Part shown: positions 44,693-52,440 of the stretch, piece after piece
Position numbering within the stretch: position 1 is the stretch's first letter
Layout of the letters: each line of letters begins with the position of its first letter
Source: a virus
Lineage: Duplodnaviria; Caudoviricetes
Direction: 5' to 3' (one strand)
DNA: 52,440 bases
IMG/VR virus record: IMGVR_UViG_3300032174_000009
Span: 1 to 52,440 of that record
Notes under the pieces: model-generated
Database searches by the model: none
What the model was told of the DNA's origin: nothing
The model's input: only the letters and a program-made list of their open reading frames with translations
Made by a program: the position numbers and the translations under genes

Positions 44693-45079
44693 ATGTCCTC
44701 GTTTCTTTATCCGAACACAGTTGATATCCATCGCTCTGAAACTGTGGCCGACGGATCGCCAAATATTGGGTTGGTTGGCTATTCCGGAATGGCGCAGGGC
44801 GCAGGAAGCGGCACCCTCGGCGAAAAAGTCATCGCGACTGGAGTTCCATGCTCTATTCAGGCCAAGGGCATGGGTAGAGTAAAGGGTCAAGGATTGCTGC
44901 CGGGTGATGCCCCTGGGCCAGGACAATGGGCTATCTATATACCGTCGACCGCCGTAGCAAGAGGTACGATCAAGGATCGTGACATTCTGATCGATGAAAG
45001 TGGCTATAGATATTATGTGAGCATGTCTGTTTGGACTCCACTCGTTTGGGATCTTATAGCGATTAGACTGGAAGTGTGA
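44693..45079 (+). CDS. Head closure protein
   Basis: Synteny; IKDRDILIDESGYRY. Confidence 0.6.
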   Translation: MSSFLYPNTVDIHRSETVADGSPNIGLVGYSGMAQGAGSGTLGEKVIATGVPCSIQAKGMGRVKGQGLLPGDAPGPGQWAIYIPSTAVARGTIKDRDILIDESGYRYYVSMSVWTPLVWDLIAIRLEV

Positions 45080-45083
45080 TGCG

Positions 45084-45926
45084 ATGGCAGACATTGACGA
45101 CGTGTCGAACGCCATTGCGTCTCTTGTGACTACCGCGGTTTATCCGAACGGGATTAGCCAGCCTAGCATATCCGGTGGACAGGTTCGCATCTTTCCAGGC
45201 TGGCCTCTTCCGGCACAGCTCGACGCAGATATGAAGGCCGGTATATCGAATGTTTCAATCTTTCCGATGGCCGGCGCCACGGCAACACCGTTTCAGATTT
45301 TAGACGAATGGTACACCATTGTCCCGCCTGTTCATGGCATGGTGGTCTCGGTAGTTGGTAATGCTGTGACGCTAACTGGAACGCCAGGGTCTACTGAGTT
45401 TTGTGCGCTGGTTCTTGACAGGAAATTGGCATTTTCAGAAATCGGCTTGACGTCCGCCGCGATTCTTTCCGCACTGCTTGCGGATATTTTGACAAACTAT
45501 CCAAGCTCATCGATAACGGGCTCAACACTGACAATCCCAGGTGCGGCGTATGTGGTGGCCAGGGTTGGCGCCGCTGGTACTATAGGGCGCGTGGTGCATC
45601 GTCAACGCCAAGGTATTATGGTTAGCGTCTGGGCGCCAACGCCCGCCATTCGCACGTCACTGGCGAAAGCGGTGAGCGTAGTGCTATCGGCAAATGTCCG
45701 CGTGCCACTACCTGATACGACGCAAATGCTTTTAGTCTATAACCGCACCAACGTCATTGACACATGGGAAGCGATGACCGTTTACAGGCGAGATATGATT
45801 GTTGATGCTGAGTACGCTACCCTTGAGCAGCTCCCTGGCGTCGAAGTTACCGCGGTCGAAAATACATTATCAACAAAGGATATCGTAACCGGCAACGTAT
45901 CTGTTGCCCGTCAATTGGATAATTAA
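45084..45926 (+). CDS. Tail terminator / neck protein
   Basis: Position before the sheath; GWP...LDAD and YRRD...EY. Confidence 0.6.
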   Translation: MADIDDVSNAIASLVTTAVYPNGISQPSISGGQVRIFPGWPLPAQLDADMKAGISNVSIFPMAGATATPFQILDEWYTIVPPVHGMVVSVVGNAVTLTGTPGSTEFCALVLDRKLAFSEIGLTSAAILSALLADILTNYPSSSITGSTLTIPGAAYVVARVGAAGTIGRVVHRQRQGIMVSVWAPTPAIRTSLAKAVSVVLSANVRVPLPDTTQMLLVYNRTNVIDTWEAMTVYRRDMIVDAEYATLEQLPGVEVTAVENTLSTKDIVTGNVSVARQLDN

Positions 45927-45928
45927 TC

Positions 45929-46129
45929 ATGGCTATTCATCTAGTGGTTCAAGTTCCATTCTGGCATTATGAGCGTGGCTCGACGATTACCGATCCAACT
46001 GAGATTGCGAAAGTAATGGAGCACCACGCTCATTTTGTAACGCAGGTTACAGCGCCGGTATCGGCCGAAGAAAACGCCACTCCGGTCGATCTTCAAACAC
46101 GCCTTGGACCGGAAAAGTTCTCGAAATAA
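45929..46129 (+). CDS. Small hypothetical tail-region protein
   Basis: Coupled ORF. Confidence 0.5.
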   Translation: MAIHLVVQVPFWHYERGSTITDPTEIAKVMEHHAHFVTQVTAPVSAEENATPVDLQTRLGPEKFSK

Positions 46130-46153
46130 TAAATTATTACAATCGCAATGCAC

Positions 46154-46176
46154 AGGCGCCTCGTGGCGCCTTTTTT
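46154..46176 (+). terminator. Rho-independent terminator
   Basis: AGGCGCC-TCGT-GGCGCCT followed by T5. Confidence 0.75.
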
Positions 46177-46191
46177 ATTGGGAATTTTTAA

Positions 46192-47778
46192 ATGCCGACC
46201 TTTCTTGATGGGCAATATAATTTAGCTGCGCTAACTGTCCCTAACGTATATGTAGATGTTATTCCGCCCTCGCCCTTTCTTGCAGGCGTTCCAACAAATA
46301 TTGTTGGCCTTGTAGGGGTTGCGTCTTGGGGGCCTGTTGGAGCGGTAATCTCAGCCTCAAAGCCCAATGATGCCGCATTCGCGATTGGCGTTCCGACGAG
46401 TCGAGGTGCGCTAGGCTACAAATATGACATTGCCTCGTATATTTGGGCTTCTTCTCAAGTCGGCGGCGCGATCGGATACAATTGCATTCGGGTGACTGAC
46501 GGCACCGACGTCGCTGCATCTGTGGTGATACAATCCACATGTCTAACTGTCACCGCGAAATATACCGGTGCGCTTGGCAACGGCATTCAATACAACATGG
46601 TCTCTGGTACGGCCGCTAATTCGACCATGTTGATTGTGTCTATGCCTGGCCGCGCTCCGGAGCAATTCAACAACATAGTGGGTGCCGGTAACGCTTTTTG
46701 GGTTAACGCCGCTGCGGCAATTAATAATGGAAATTCGCAGCGCGGTCCTTCTGCGATTGTCACAGCGTCGGCCGGTGCCGGAGTTTCAGCGCCGACCCTT
46801 GGCAGCCCTGTTACTCTTGCTGGCGGAACGGATGGAGCTACAGGAGTTACAGATGCAACTCTTATTGGTCAGGACACTTCGCCCAGAAAGGGAATGTATG
46901 CTCTGCGTAGCTCTGGCGCTCGCGCTTTCACATGTTGCGACCTTACCGACGCTACCAAATATGCGGTGATTGATAGCTTTGCGCTGTCTGAAAATATGCT
47001 GGCAGTTCATGGAACTGTTTCAGGTGATACAATTCCTAGTGCCGTCGCAACTCGCGTCACGGGTGGCATAGACAGCTTCTCGAGTTGGCTAATTGTTGGC
47101 GATTATCCGACATTCAATGATACTCAGAATCAAATAGCCCGCCTTATAAATCCTTCAGCGTTCGGCCTTGGAATTATCGGCAATCAATCGCCTGAGCAAT
47201 CACCACTTAATAAGGTTCTACGAGGAATCGTTGCGACGCAGCGGTCTAATACAAGTCAGACATATTCTAATCAAGAGTTGTCGGTTGCGGAACTTGGAGG
47301 CGTTGACATAATCGTTGGTCCACCGACAACATTGGGCGGTAATTATTTCACCTTTATGACTGGCCGCAACACTTCTTCAAATACTGCGGCGAACGGTGTT
47401 GAATATTCGACAATGATCAATTTCCTTGCAGCTACCGCTCAATCAACTGCGGTTGGCGCGCTTGTTGGCCAGCTTCAATCTACAAGTCCAACTGATCCAA
47501 CCCGCGCCAGAGCGAAGGCGCTGTTCGACGGGCTGTCGGCGCAACTTGCCGCTCCGGAATCAGGCAGTAGCGGCCTAGGAATGATCGACGGGTGGGCTGT
47601 TCAGTGTGATCTCAACAACAACCCGCCTAATCTACAGGCCAGAGGATATCTGTTCATCTATTGGACTGTCGCTTTCTTGAATGTCATTCGGTACATCGTT
47701 GTGAAGCTTGCTGGCGGTCCCGCGGGAATTGTTACGGTCACAGTGCAATCAACTCCGCCATCGCCCGCTCAGTTTTAA
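46192..47778 (+). CDS. Contractile tail sheath protein
   Basis: VPNVYV, GVASWGP, TAKYTGALGN, LAGGTDG and CDLNNN. Confidence 0.9.
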   Translation: MPTFLDGQYNLAALTVPNVYVDVIPPSPFLAGVPTNIVGLVGVASWGPVGAVISASKPNDAAFAIGVPTSRGALGYKYDIASYIWASSQVGGAIGYNCIRVTDGTDVAASVVIQSTCLTVTAKYTGALGNGIQYNMVSGTAANSTMLIVSMPGRAPEQFNNIVGAGNAFWVNAAAAINNGNSQRGPSAIVTASAGAGVSAPTLGSPVTLAGGTDGATGVTDATLIGQDTSPRKGMYALRSSGARAFTCCDLTDATKYAVIDSFALSENMLAVHGTVSGDTIPSAVATRVTGGIDSFSSWLIVGDYPTFNDTQNQIARLINPSAFGLGIIGNQSPEQSPLNKVLRGIVATQRSNTSQTYSNQELSVAELGGVDIIVGPPTTLGGNYFTFMTGRNTSSNTAANGVEYSTMINFLAATAQSTAVGALVGQLQSTSPTDPTRARAKALFDGLSAQLAAPESGSSGLGMIDGWAVQCDLNNNPPNLQARGYLFIYWTVAFLNVIRYIVVKLAGGPAGIVTVTVQSTPPSPAQF

Positions 47779-47820
47779 TCCACTTCATTCATTCCCACGT
47801 AATTTATTTAGGAGCTGTAA

Positions 47821-48258
47821 ATGTCCGCCAACAACATGGGCGCTGGCGTCGATTATTCGTTCATCTATTATGATGGGAATACTGCGTCGACCGTCGATCT
47901 TGGTGATGTTCAGAATGTGAAGATTACCCCTCATTACACTACTATCCAAAGTGATCCATATAACGCCGTTCCGCGGTTTGACTATGTGCCTAATGGCTGG
48001 TCGATTTCTATGACTATCACGCGCACGAGTCCGGCGCTCGAGAATTTCATGATTGATCTTGATAAGAAATTCAATGCAGGAATTGCGCTGAAGCCCGGCT
48101 ACCTTAACGAGACGATTACCAATCCTGATGGGACAAAATCTAACTACCAATACACAAAATTCGTGTTCCGCATTACTGAACACGGTGACGTCGATCGTAA
48201 AAAGGCAGTTGTGATGACCATTATGGGAGCTGCTTCTGATAGAGTACAGATTGCATGA
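47821..48258 (+). CDS. Tail tube protein
   Basis: 145 aa directly after the sheath. Confidence 0.8.
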   Translation: MSANNMGAGVDYSFIYYDGNTASTVDLGDVQNVKITPHYTTIQSDPYNAVPRFDYVPNGWSISMTITRTSPALENFMIDLDKKFNAGIALKPGYLNETITNPDGTKSNYQYTKFVFRITEHGDVDRKKAVVMTIMGAASDRVQIA

Positions 48259-48740
48259 TTGAAACAAAGAGCGACGAAATTCTAGCGCGCGCAGCCCGCT
48301 ATCAGCAAAAGGAAAAAGTTTCCGACAAATGGGGCCGCATCATCAGCGTTCAGCGGCTAAAACAGTCGCAGATGGAAAGGATTCAGGGGTTTACTTCTGA
48401 CTTGCAGGGCGTGACGAAAGTTGAGGCTCCCGGAACCATTATTGACCCAGAGACCGGACAGGAAGTTACAAATCCTGATGCCGGAAAGGAATCATCAATC
48501 CCTCGCAACTGGCGCCTGATTCTTGCTGCGCATGTGCGAGAGATTAATGACAATCCGATACCATTTCCTAAAAACCGTGAAGAGTTGGATGCTATTCTCG
48601 ATCGGCTTGATGATGAGGGTATTGAAGCCGCTGCAACTGGGTTTTCGAAACTCATGACGCATGATGAGCCTCCAGCCGATGTGATTGAAGAAGCAAAAAA
48701 CGTAGTGAGGACACCGCGACCCGTCAGGCACTCGGCTTGA
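48255..48740 (+). CDS. Tail assembly chaperone; -1 frameshift extension to 48898
   Basis: Slippery A AAA AAC at 48695-48701; the -1 frame is open (GVPFDVA...GEFEGGQFDW) to TAG at 48896-48898. Confidence 0.8.
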   Translation: MIETKSDEILARAARYQQKEKVSDKWGRIISVQRLKQSQMERIQGFTSDLQGVTKVEAPGTIIDPETGQEVTNPDAGKESSIPRNWRLILAAHVREINDNPIPFPKNREELDAILDRLDDEGIEAAATGFSKLMTHDEPPADVIEEAKNVVRTPRPVRHSA

Positions 48741-48881
48741 TTAAGGGCGGTGTCCCATTTGACGTTGCGTGGGCTATGGTTGAATGCGGCATGAATATTG
48801 ATGTCATAGCTTGGACTGTTATTATGGGGGAATTCGAGGGCGGTCAATTCGATTGGCGCGGTCTCAGGTGGTTGGAGGCGG

Positions 48882-49343
48882 ATGAGCGTGGCCCATAGCT
48901 TAGGGGAATTTGCAGCTTCCTTGGCAGGGTTTGAAGCCGGCTATCTTCTGTGGGAGCATGAGGCGCTCGAGGGGGCTGGCAAGATCGTCGAGAAAGAAGC
49001 CAAGCGCGTTATTGGGACTTACGACTACGGCTGGCCGCAGCTTGCGGAGTCAACCCAAGTGGAACGGGAAAGGCGCGGCTACCCGGCCAATGAGCCCTTG
49101 CTGCGCGAAGGTGATCTTCGAGATTCGATTTCCCATACCGTTAAGGAGCACGAGCATGCTTGTTATGTCGGATCAAATAGCCTAATTGCGGTCTATCAGG
49201 AGCTTGGAACCAGCCGCATTCCGCCTAGGTCATTTCTCGGAGGCGCGGCTCGTGCGAAGGAGCATGAAGTACATGAAGAGCTAAGGCGTTCTCTTTATCT
49301 AAGATTCCTTGGTATGCTAGGTATCGGCGCCCTAAGAAAATAG
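48882..49343 (+). CDS. HK97 gp10-like tail completion protein
   Basis: WPQLAEST, PLLREGDLRDSI, YQELGTSRIPPRSFL. Confidence 0.8.
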   Translation: MSVAHSLGEFAASLAGFEAGYLLWEHEALEGAGKIVEKEAKRVIGTYDYGWPQLAESTQVERERRGYPANEPLLREGDLRDSISHTVKEHEHACYVGSNSLIAVYQELGTSRIPPRSFLGGAARAKEHEVHEELRRSLYLRFLGMLGIGALRK

Positions 49344-49688
49344 CCATAGGATCATCCGCCAAATTGCATACAAAATTATCACCCATATGACAAATACGAC
49401 CCACGGTGTCCATCGATCGGCGATTACTTTCGATTTTGCGTCGAGCACGGCATCTTCTATCGCACGCTTCTTCTGCTCTGCAGCTAATTGAACTCTATTA
49501 CGAAAATCAGCATCAGGCTCCCCCCAATAACGTTCGATATTCAGATCATCGCCAAGCTTATCTAGGCGGATTCCTCTTGCAGTTATTCGTTCTTTCTTAG
49601 CCTGAAATGCGCGGGCTATTTCTTGGTCCGAAACACTGATGCCTATTCTCGTCCGGCGCAGGAACGGCACGCTCAACCAGAAACGCAT
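49332..49688 (-). CDS. Moron membrane protein
   Basis: C-terminal transmembrane helix; TGATG coupling. Confidence 0.55.
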   Translation of the reverse strand: MRFWLSVPFLRRTRIGISVSDQEIARAFQAKKERITARGIRLDKLGDDLNIERYWGEPDADFRNRVQLAAEQKKRAIEDAVLDAKSKVIADRWTPWVVFVIWVIILYAIWRMILWLFS

Positions 49689-50020
49689 CAATCTGTACTC
49701 TCTTCTTGGACGTGTTTTGCAAAAGCGCAAAAGGCATCTCTGCCGCCGATTGTGTTGAGTTTGGATACAAGGCTATCAACTTTCTTGATTTTTGCAGAGA
49801 CCTGCTTATGACCGATTACATTTTCCATGTGGTTGATGAATAGTTCCCCGGCTTCAAGATCTATCGGAGACTTAAAATCAAGGCACATCGCAGATGCCCG
49901 GTTCGCAAATTCTATACCTGCAATAGCATCCAGCATGATCTTATCAGAGTCACCTTGTTTGGCGTAAGCACCGCTCGGCAAGATAGCCAAGCATAGCATG
50001 ATTGCGATAAACGTTTTCAT
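49688..50020 (-). CDS. Moron exported protein
   Basis: Signal peptide MKTFIAIMLCLAILPSGAYA. Confidence 0.65.
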   Translation of the reverse strand: MKTFIAIMLCLAILPSGAYAKQGDSDKIMLDAIAGIEFANRASAMCLDFKSPIDLEAGELFINHMENVIGHKQVSAKIKKVDSLVSKLNTIGGRDAFCAFAKHVQEESTD

Positions 50021-50166
50021 TTTGATTTTTCCTTCCGCTCGATATGGAAATCCACGATGCGTCGAACGGTTTCCGCAATCGTAATTCCAAGCCTGTCAGC
50101 CTCCCGCTCTATAAAGACAAGCTGTCGCTTGGTGAATGTTATCGAAAGTCTCGGGTTTTTAGTCAT
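50017..50166 (-). CDS. Ribbon-helix-helix (CopG/Arc-like) regulator
   Basis: RLSITFT...EREADRLGITIAETVRRIV. Confidence 0.75.
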   Translation of the reverse strand: MTKNPRLSITFTKRQLVFIEREADRLGITIAETVRRIVDFHIERKEKSK

Positions 50167-50172
50167 ATGGTG

Positions 50173-50201
50173 TATATAAGCACCACTTAACCGATTGTCA
50201 A
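50173..50201 (-). promoter_or_regulatory. Sigma70-like promoter of the moron operon
   Basis: TTGACA-N17-TATATA with a TGGTG/CACCA inverted repeat straddling the -10. Confidence 0.7.
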
Positions 50202-50210
50202 GGGTTGCCA

Positions 50211-52307
50211 ATGGCTAGCGTTTACGAGATCGAAGCCGCAATTAACCTTAAAAACATGGTGAGCCCGGCTCTCATAAGGATGATAACAGAGGTCGGTCAG
50301 CTGGAGAAGGGCTTCGAGAGCCTTGGCAAGAAGGCGGCTCTTGTATTCGGAGGTGCGGCAGCTGTTGCCGGGGGCGGGATTATAGGCGGCCTGGTTAAGG
50401 CGACGGAGCACGCATCGAAGCTTCTGCATGTTCAGAATCAGCTTGCTGCTTCCGGATACTCAGTGGCGGAACAGGCACAGGCAACCGCCAAAGCCTTGGA
50501 GATGCAACAAAAATATGGCGTGAAATATGCGGAAGCACTTAGTGATATACGTGAAATAGCTTTTCCGCTTGGCGGCATGAAGCATGCGCTTGCTTTCGCC
50601 GAGCCTCTAGAGCAGATGCGTGTAGTACTCAATGCGTTTAAGGAAGGCACCGGCGACAAGGCTAAAGAATCTCTTTATGCCGCTGCACGTTCAGGTGAAC
50701 TGAGAGGCCTGAAAACAAATGAAGACTTCCGCAATTTATTCGAGGCAGAGACGAAGGCAATTATTGCTACTGGCGGAAAATTAACTCCCGAGGGCTTCCT
50801 TGCTGCAGCGCAATATGGACGTGTGGCGACGCAGGGATGGACACCAGAATTTGTCGCAAAGTGGTTGCCTACGTTAATCCAAGAACAAAGGGGAATGCAG
50901 GCTGGCACGGGACTGATGTCCTTGTTCCGAAATATTGCGCAGGGTCACACTCCACTTGGTTCCGTCCAAGCATTGGATGAATACGGCCTACTCACAGATC
51001 CAAGCAAGATAGTTTATAATAAGAAGGGAGAAATCAAAGGCTTCCATTATGGTGCTATCGAAAAAAGCGACTTACTGGTTAAAGATCCGTACAAATGGGC
51101 TCAGGAAGTTCTGGCGCCTGCACTGCGTGCGAAGTTAGGCCCTGATATTACCCCAGATAATGCTAAGGTCATCGGCGCTATAGGGGATTTGATTAGCCAA
51201 CGTACAGCTGCACAGTCGGCGGCGATTATGACCCTGCAGCCACAGCGTTTTGAGAAAGACGCCGCGCTCATAGGCCAAACTATGGGACTTGGCGCGGCCG
51301 ACTTTTTGGTCAAGAACGATCCCTACGCCGCCATGAACCGCTTTACCGCAGCGTGGGACGCCCTTTTGACGAAGCTAGGTGGGCCACTTGTTAATCCGGC
51401 GATTAAGGCTCTCACCGGACTTGCTGATGCTATGAATAAGATTTCAGGTTTCGGCTACTTGACTGGGCTGGCGAGGGCACTCACGGAACTTGGCTCTGCT
51501 TCTCTTGTTGGCGGCATAGGTGCACTTATTGGCGGAGCTATAGGCGGACCGGCTGGCGCGGCCGTCGGCGGAGTACTTGGTGCGCTGATCGCCGCGTTGG
51601 GTGCGCTTGTGGCGCTCAATTGGGACGAGATAACGAAAGGTTTCGATACTGTTAAAGGAGCGATCACTGGATTTTGGGATTGGCTTAAAGAGGCTGGAGC
51701 TGGAATGTTGAAGTGGATCACCTCATTAGGTGGCCTGCTGAAGACAAGCCTTGGTGGTGGTGGTGATTGGACCGCCGGCGCAGGATTAATGAATATCCGT
51801 AATCCTGTGGGAGGATACTCAGACGCCATCCGCAAGGGATTCGCCGGCTCGCCTTATCTTAATGCGGCTTTGCTGACCTATTCGAAAGAGGGCGCAAGTG
51901 GTTATGTCGGCGATGGCGGGAGTAGCTTCGGACCGTTCCAATTGCACCGCGGCGGCCCCGGCTCGCAAGGATACTTATTCGAGCATGAGACCGGTCTGAA
52001 CCTCGCGGACCAATCGACGGTAGGCGCGCAGATCGCTTTTGTCAGGAGACATGTCGAGCGCGCTGGCGGATTTAGTTCCAATATTTGGCATGGTTTGCGG
52101 CACGTTCGCAGGCCAAGCGCCGCTCCATATAAAGGCCAGCAAACTGTCCAGGCTAACATTCATACCCCTGTCTATCTTGACGGCAAGATGATAGCGAATA
52201 ATACTGTGAACCATGTTTTGAAATCGAGTGAACATAGCCGAGGAGCCGCATATTTCGATGGGTATGGAACTTTTGCGGGCGCCGATCGCCAGACTGCTAC
52301 AGCTTAG
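50211..52307 (+). CDS. Tape measure protein with a lysozyme-like C-terminal domain
   Basis: Long Ala/Gly-rich helical protein; E...GDGGSSFGPFQL lysozyme-like motif. Confidence 0.85.
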   Translation: MASVYEIEAAINLKNMVSPALIRMITEVGQLEKGFESLGKKAALVFGGAAAVAGGGIIGGLVKATEHASKLLHVQNQLAASGYSVAEQAQATAKALEMQQKYGVKYAEALSDIREIAFPLGGMKHALAFAEPLEQMRVVLNAFKEGTGDKAKESLYAAARSGELRGLKTNEDFRNLFEAETKAIIATGGKLTPEGFLAAAQYGRVATQGWTPEFVAKWLPTLIQEQRGMQAGTGLMSLFRNIAQGHTPLGSVQALDEYGLLTDPSKIVYNKKGEIKGFHYGAIEKSDLLVKDPYKWAQEVLAPALRAKLGPDITPDNAKVIGAIGDLISQRTAAQSAAIMTLQPQRFEKDAALIGQTMGLGAADFLVKNDPYAAMNRFTAAWDALLTKLGGPLVNPAIKALTGLADAMNKISGFGYLTGLARALTELGSASLVGGIGALIGGAIGGPAGAAVGGVLGALIAALGALVALNWDEITKGFDTVKGAITGFWDWLKEAGAGMLKWITSLGGLLKTSLGGGGDWTAGAGLMNIRNPVGGYSDAIRKGFAGSPYLNAALLTYSKEGASGYVGDGGSSFGPFQLHRGGPGSQGYLFEHETGLNLADQSTVGAQIAFVRRHVERAGGFSSNIWHGLRHVRRPSAAPYKGQQTVQANIHTPVYLDGKMIANNTVNHVLKSSEHSRGAAYFDGYGTFAGADRQTATA

Positions 52308-52440
52308 CCTTATCTTAGCCTTATTGTTTGCGAGCACAGCCTTTGCTGGAACGTGCCATTATTATAGCTATGGCGGCCACGGCGTCAGCTCTTGCGAGAA
52401 TGGAAGCTTCCAAACCTGGAGCCACGGCCGGCATCGAGAG

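Overview
The window is most of the genome of a temperate, contractile-tailed (myovirus-type) phage, probably of an alphaproteobacterial host (inferred from gene families and tRNA sequences). From left to right it contains: a metallophosphoesterase and dNMP kinase; an attP-like site (3' half of tRNA-Thr(GGT)) with phage genes on both sides, so the DNA looks unintegrated; a leftward early operon (integrase, excisionase, ThyX, dCTP deaminase, SSB, HNH, NinB, YqaJ exonuclease, ERF); a CI-like repressor; a rightward operon (resolvase, two DNA methyltransferases, helicase, primase, late regulator); terminase, tRNA-fMet, portal, a large accessory head block with a Trp/Pro-repeat protein, protease/scaffold, capsid, neck, sheath, tube, frameshifted chaperone and tape measure. 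The most striking unexplained structure is a leftward, self-promoted array (about 22.3-25.4 kb) of tiny genes. Six of them end exactly on the TGA of a conserved ~51-54 bp structured repeat with covarying stems, usually followed by the next RBS, and one repeat copy is split by a 149-bp startless coding insert. Other oddities are a duplicated att core with four palindromes, a tRNA-like element flanked by a duplication of the terL 3' end, a duplicated terL N-terminus fused to an AP2 domain, and an exact 35-nt copy of that AP2 gene 17 kb away. Products were assigned by eye from motifs; no database searches were run.
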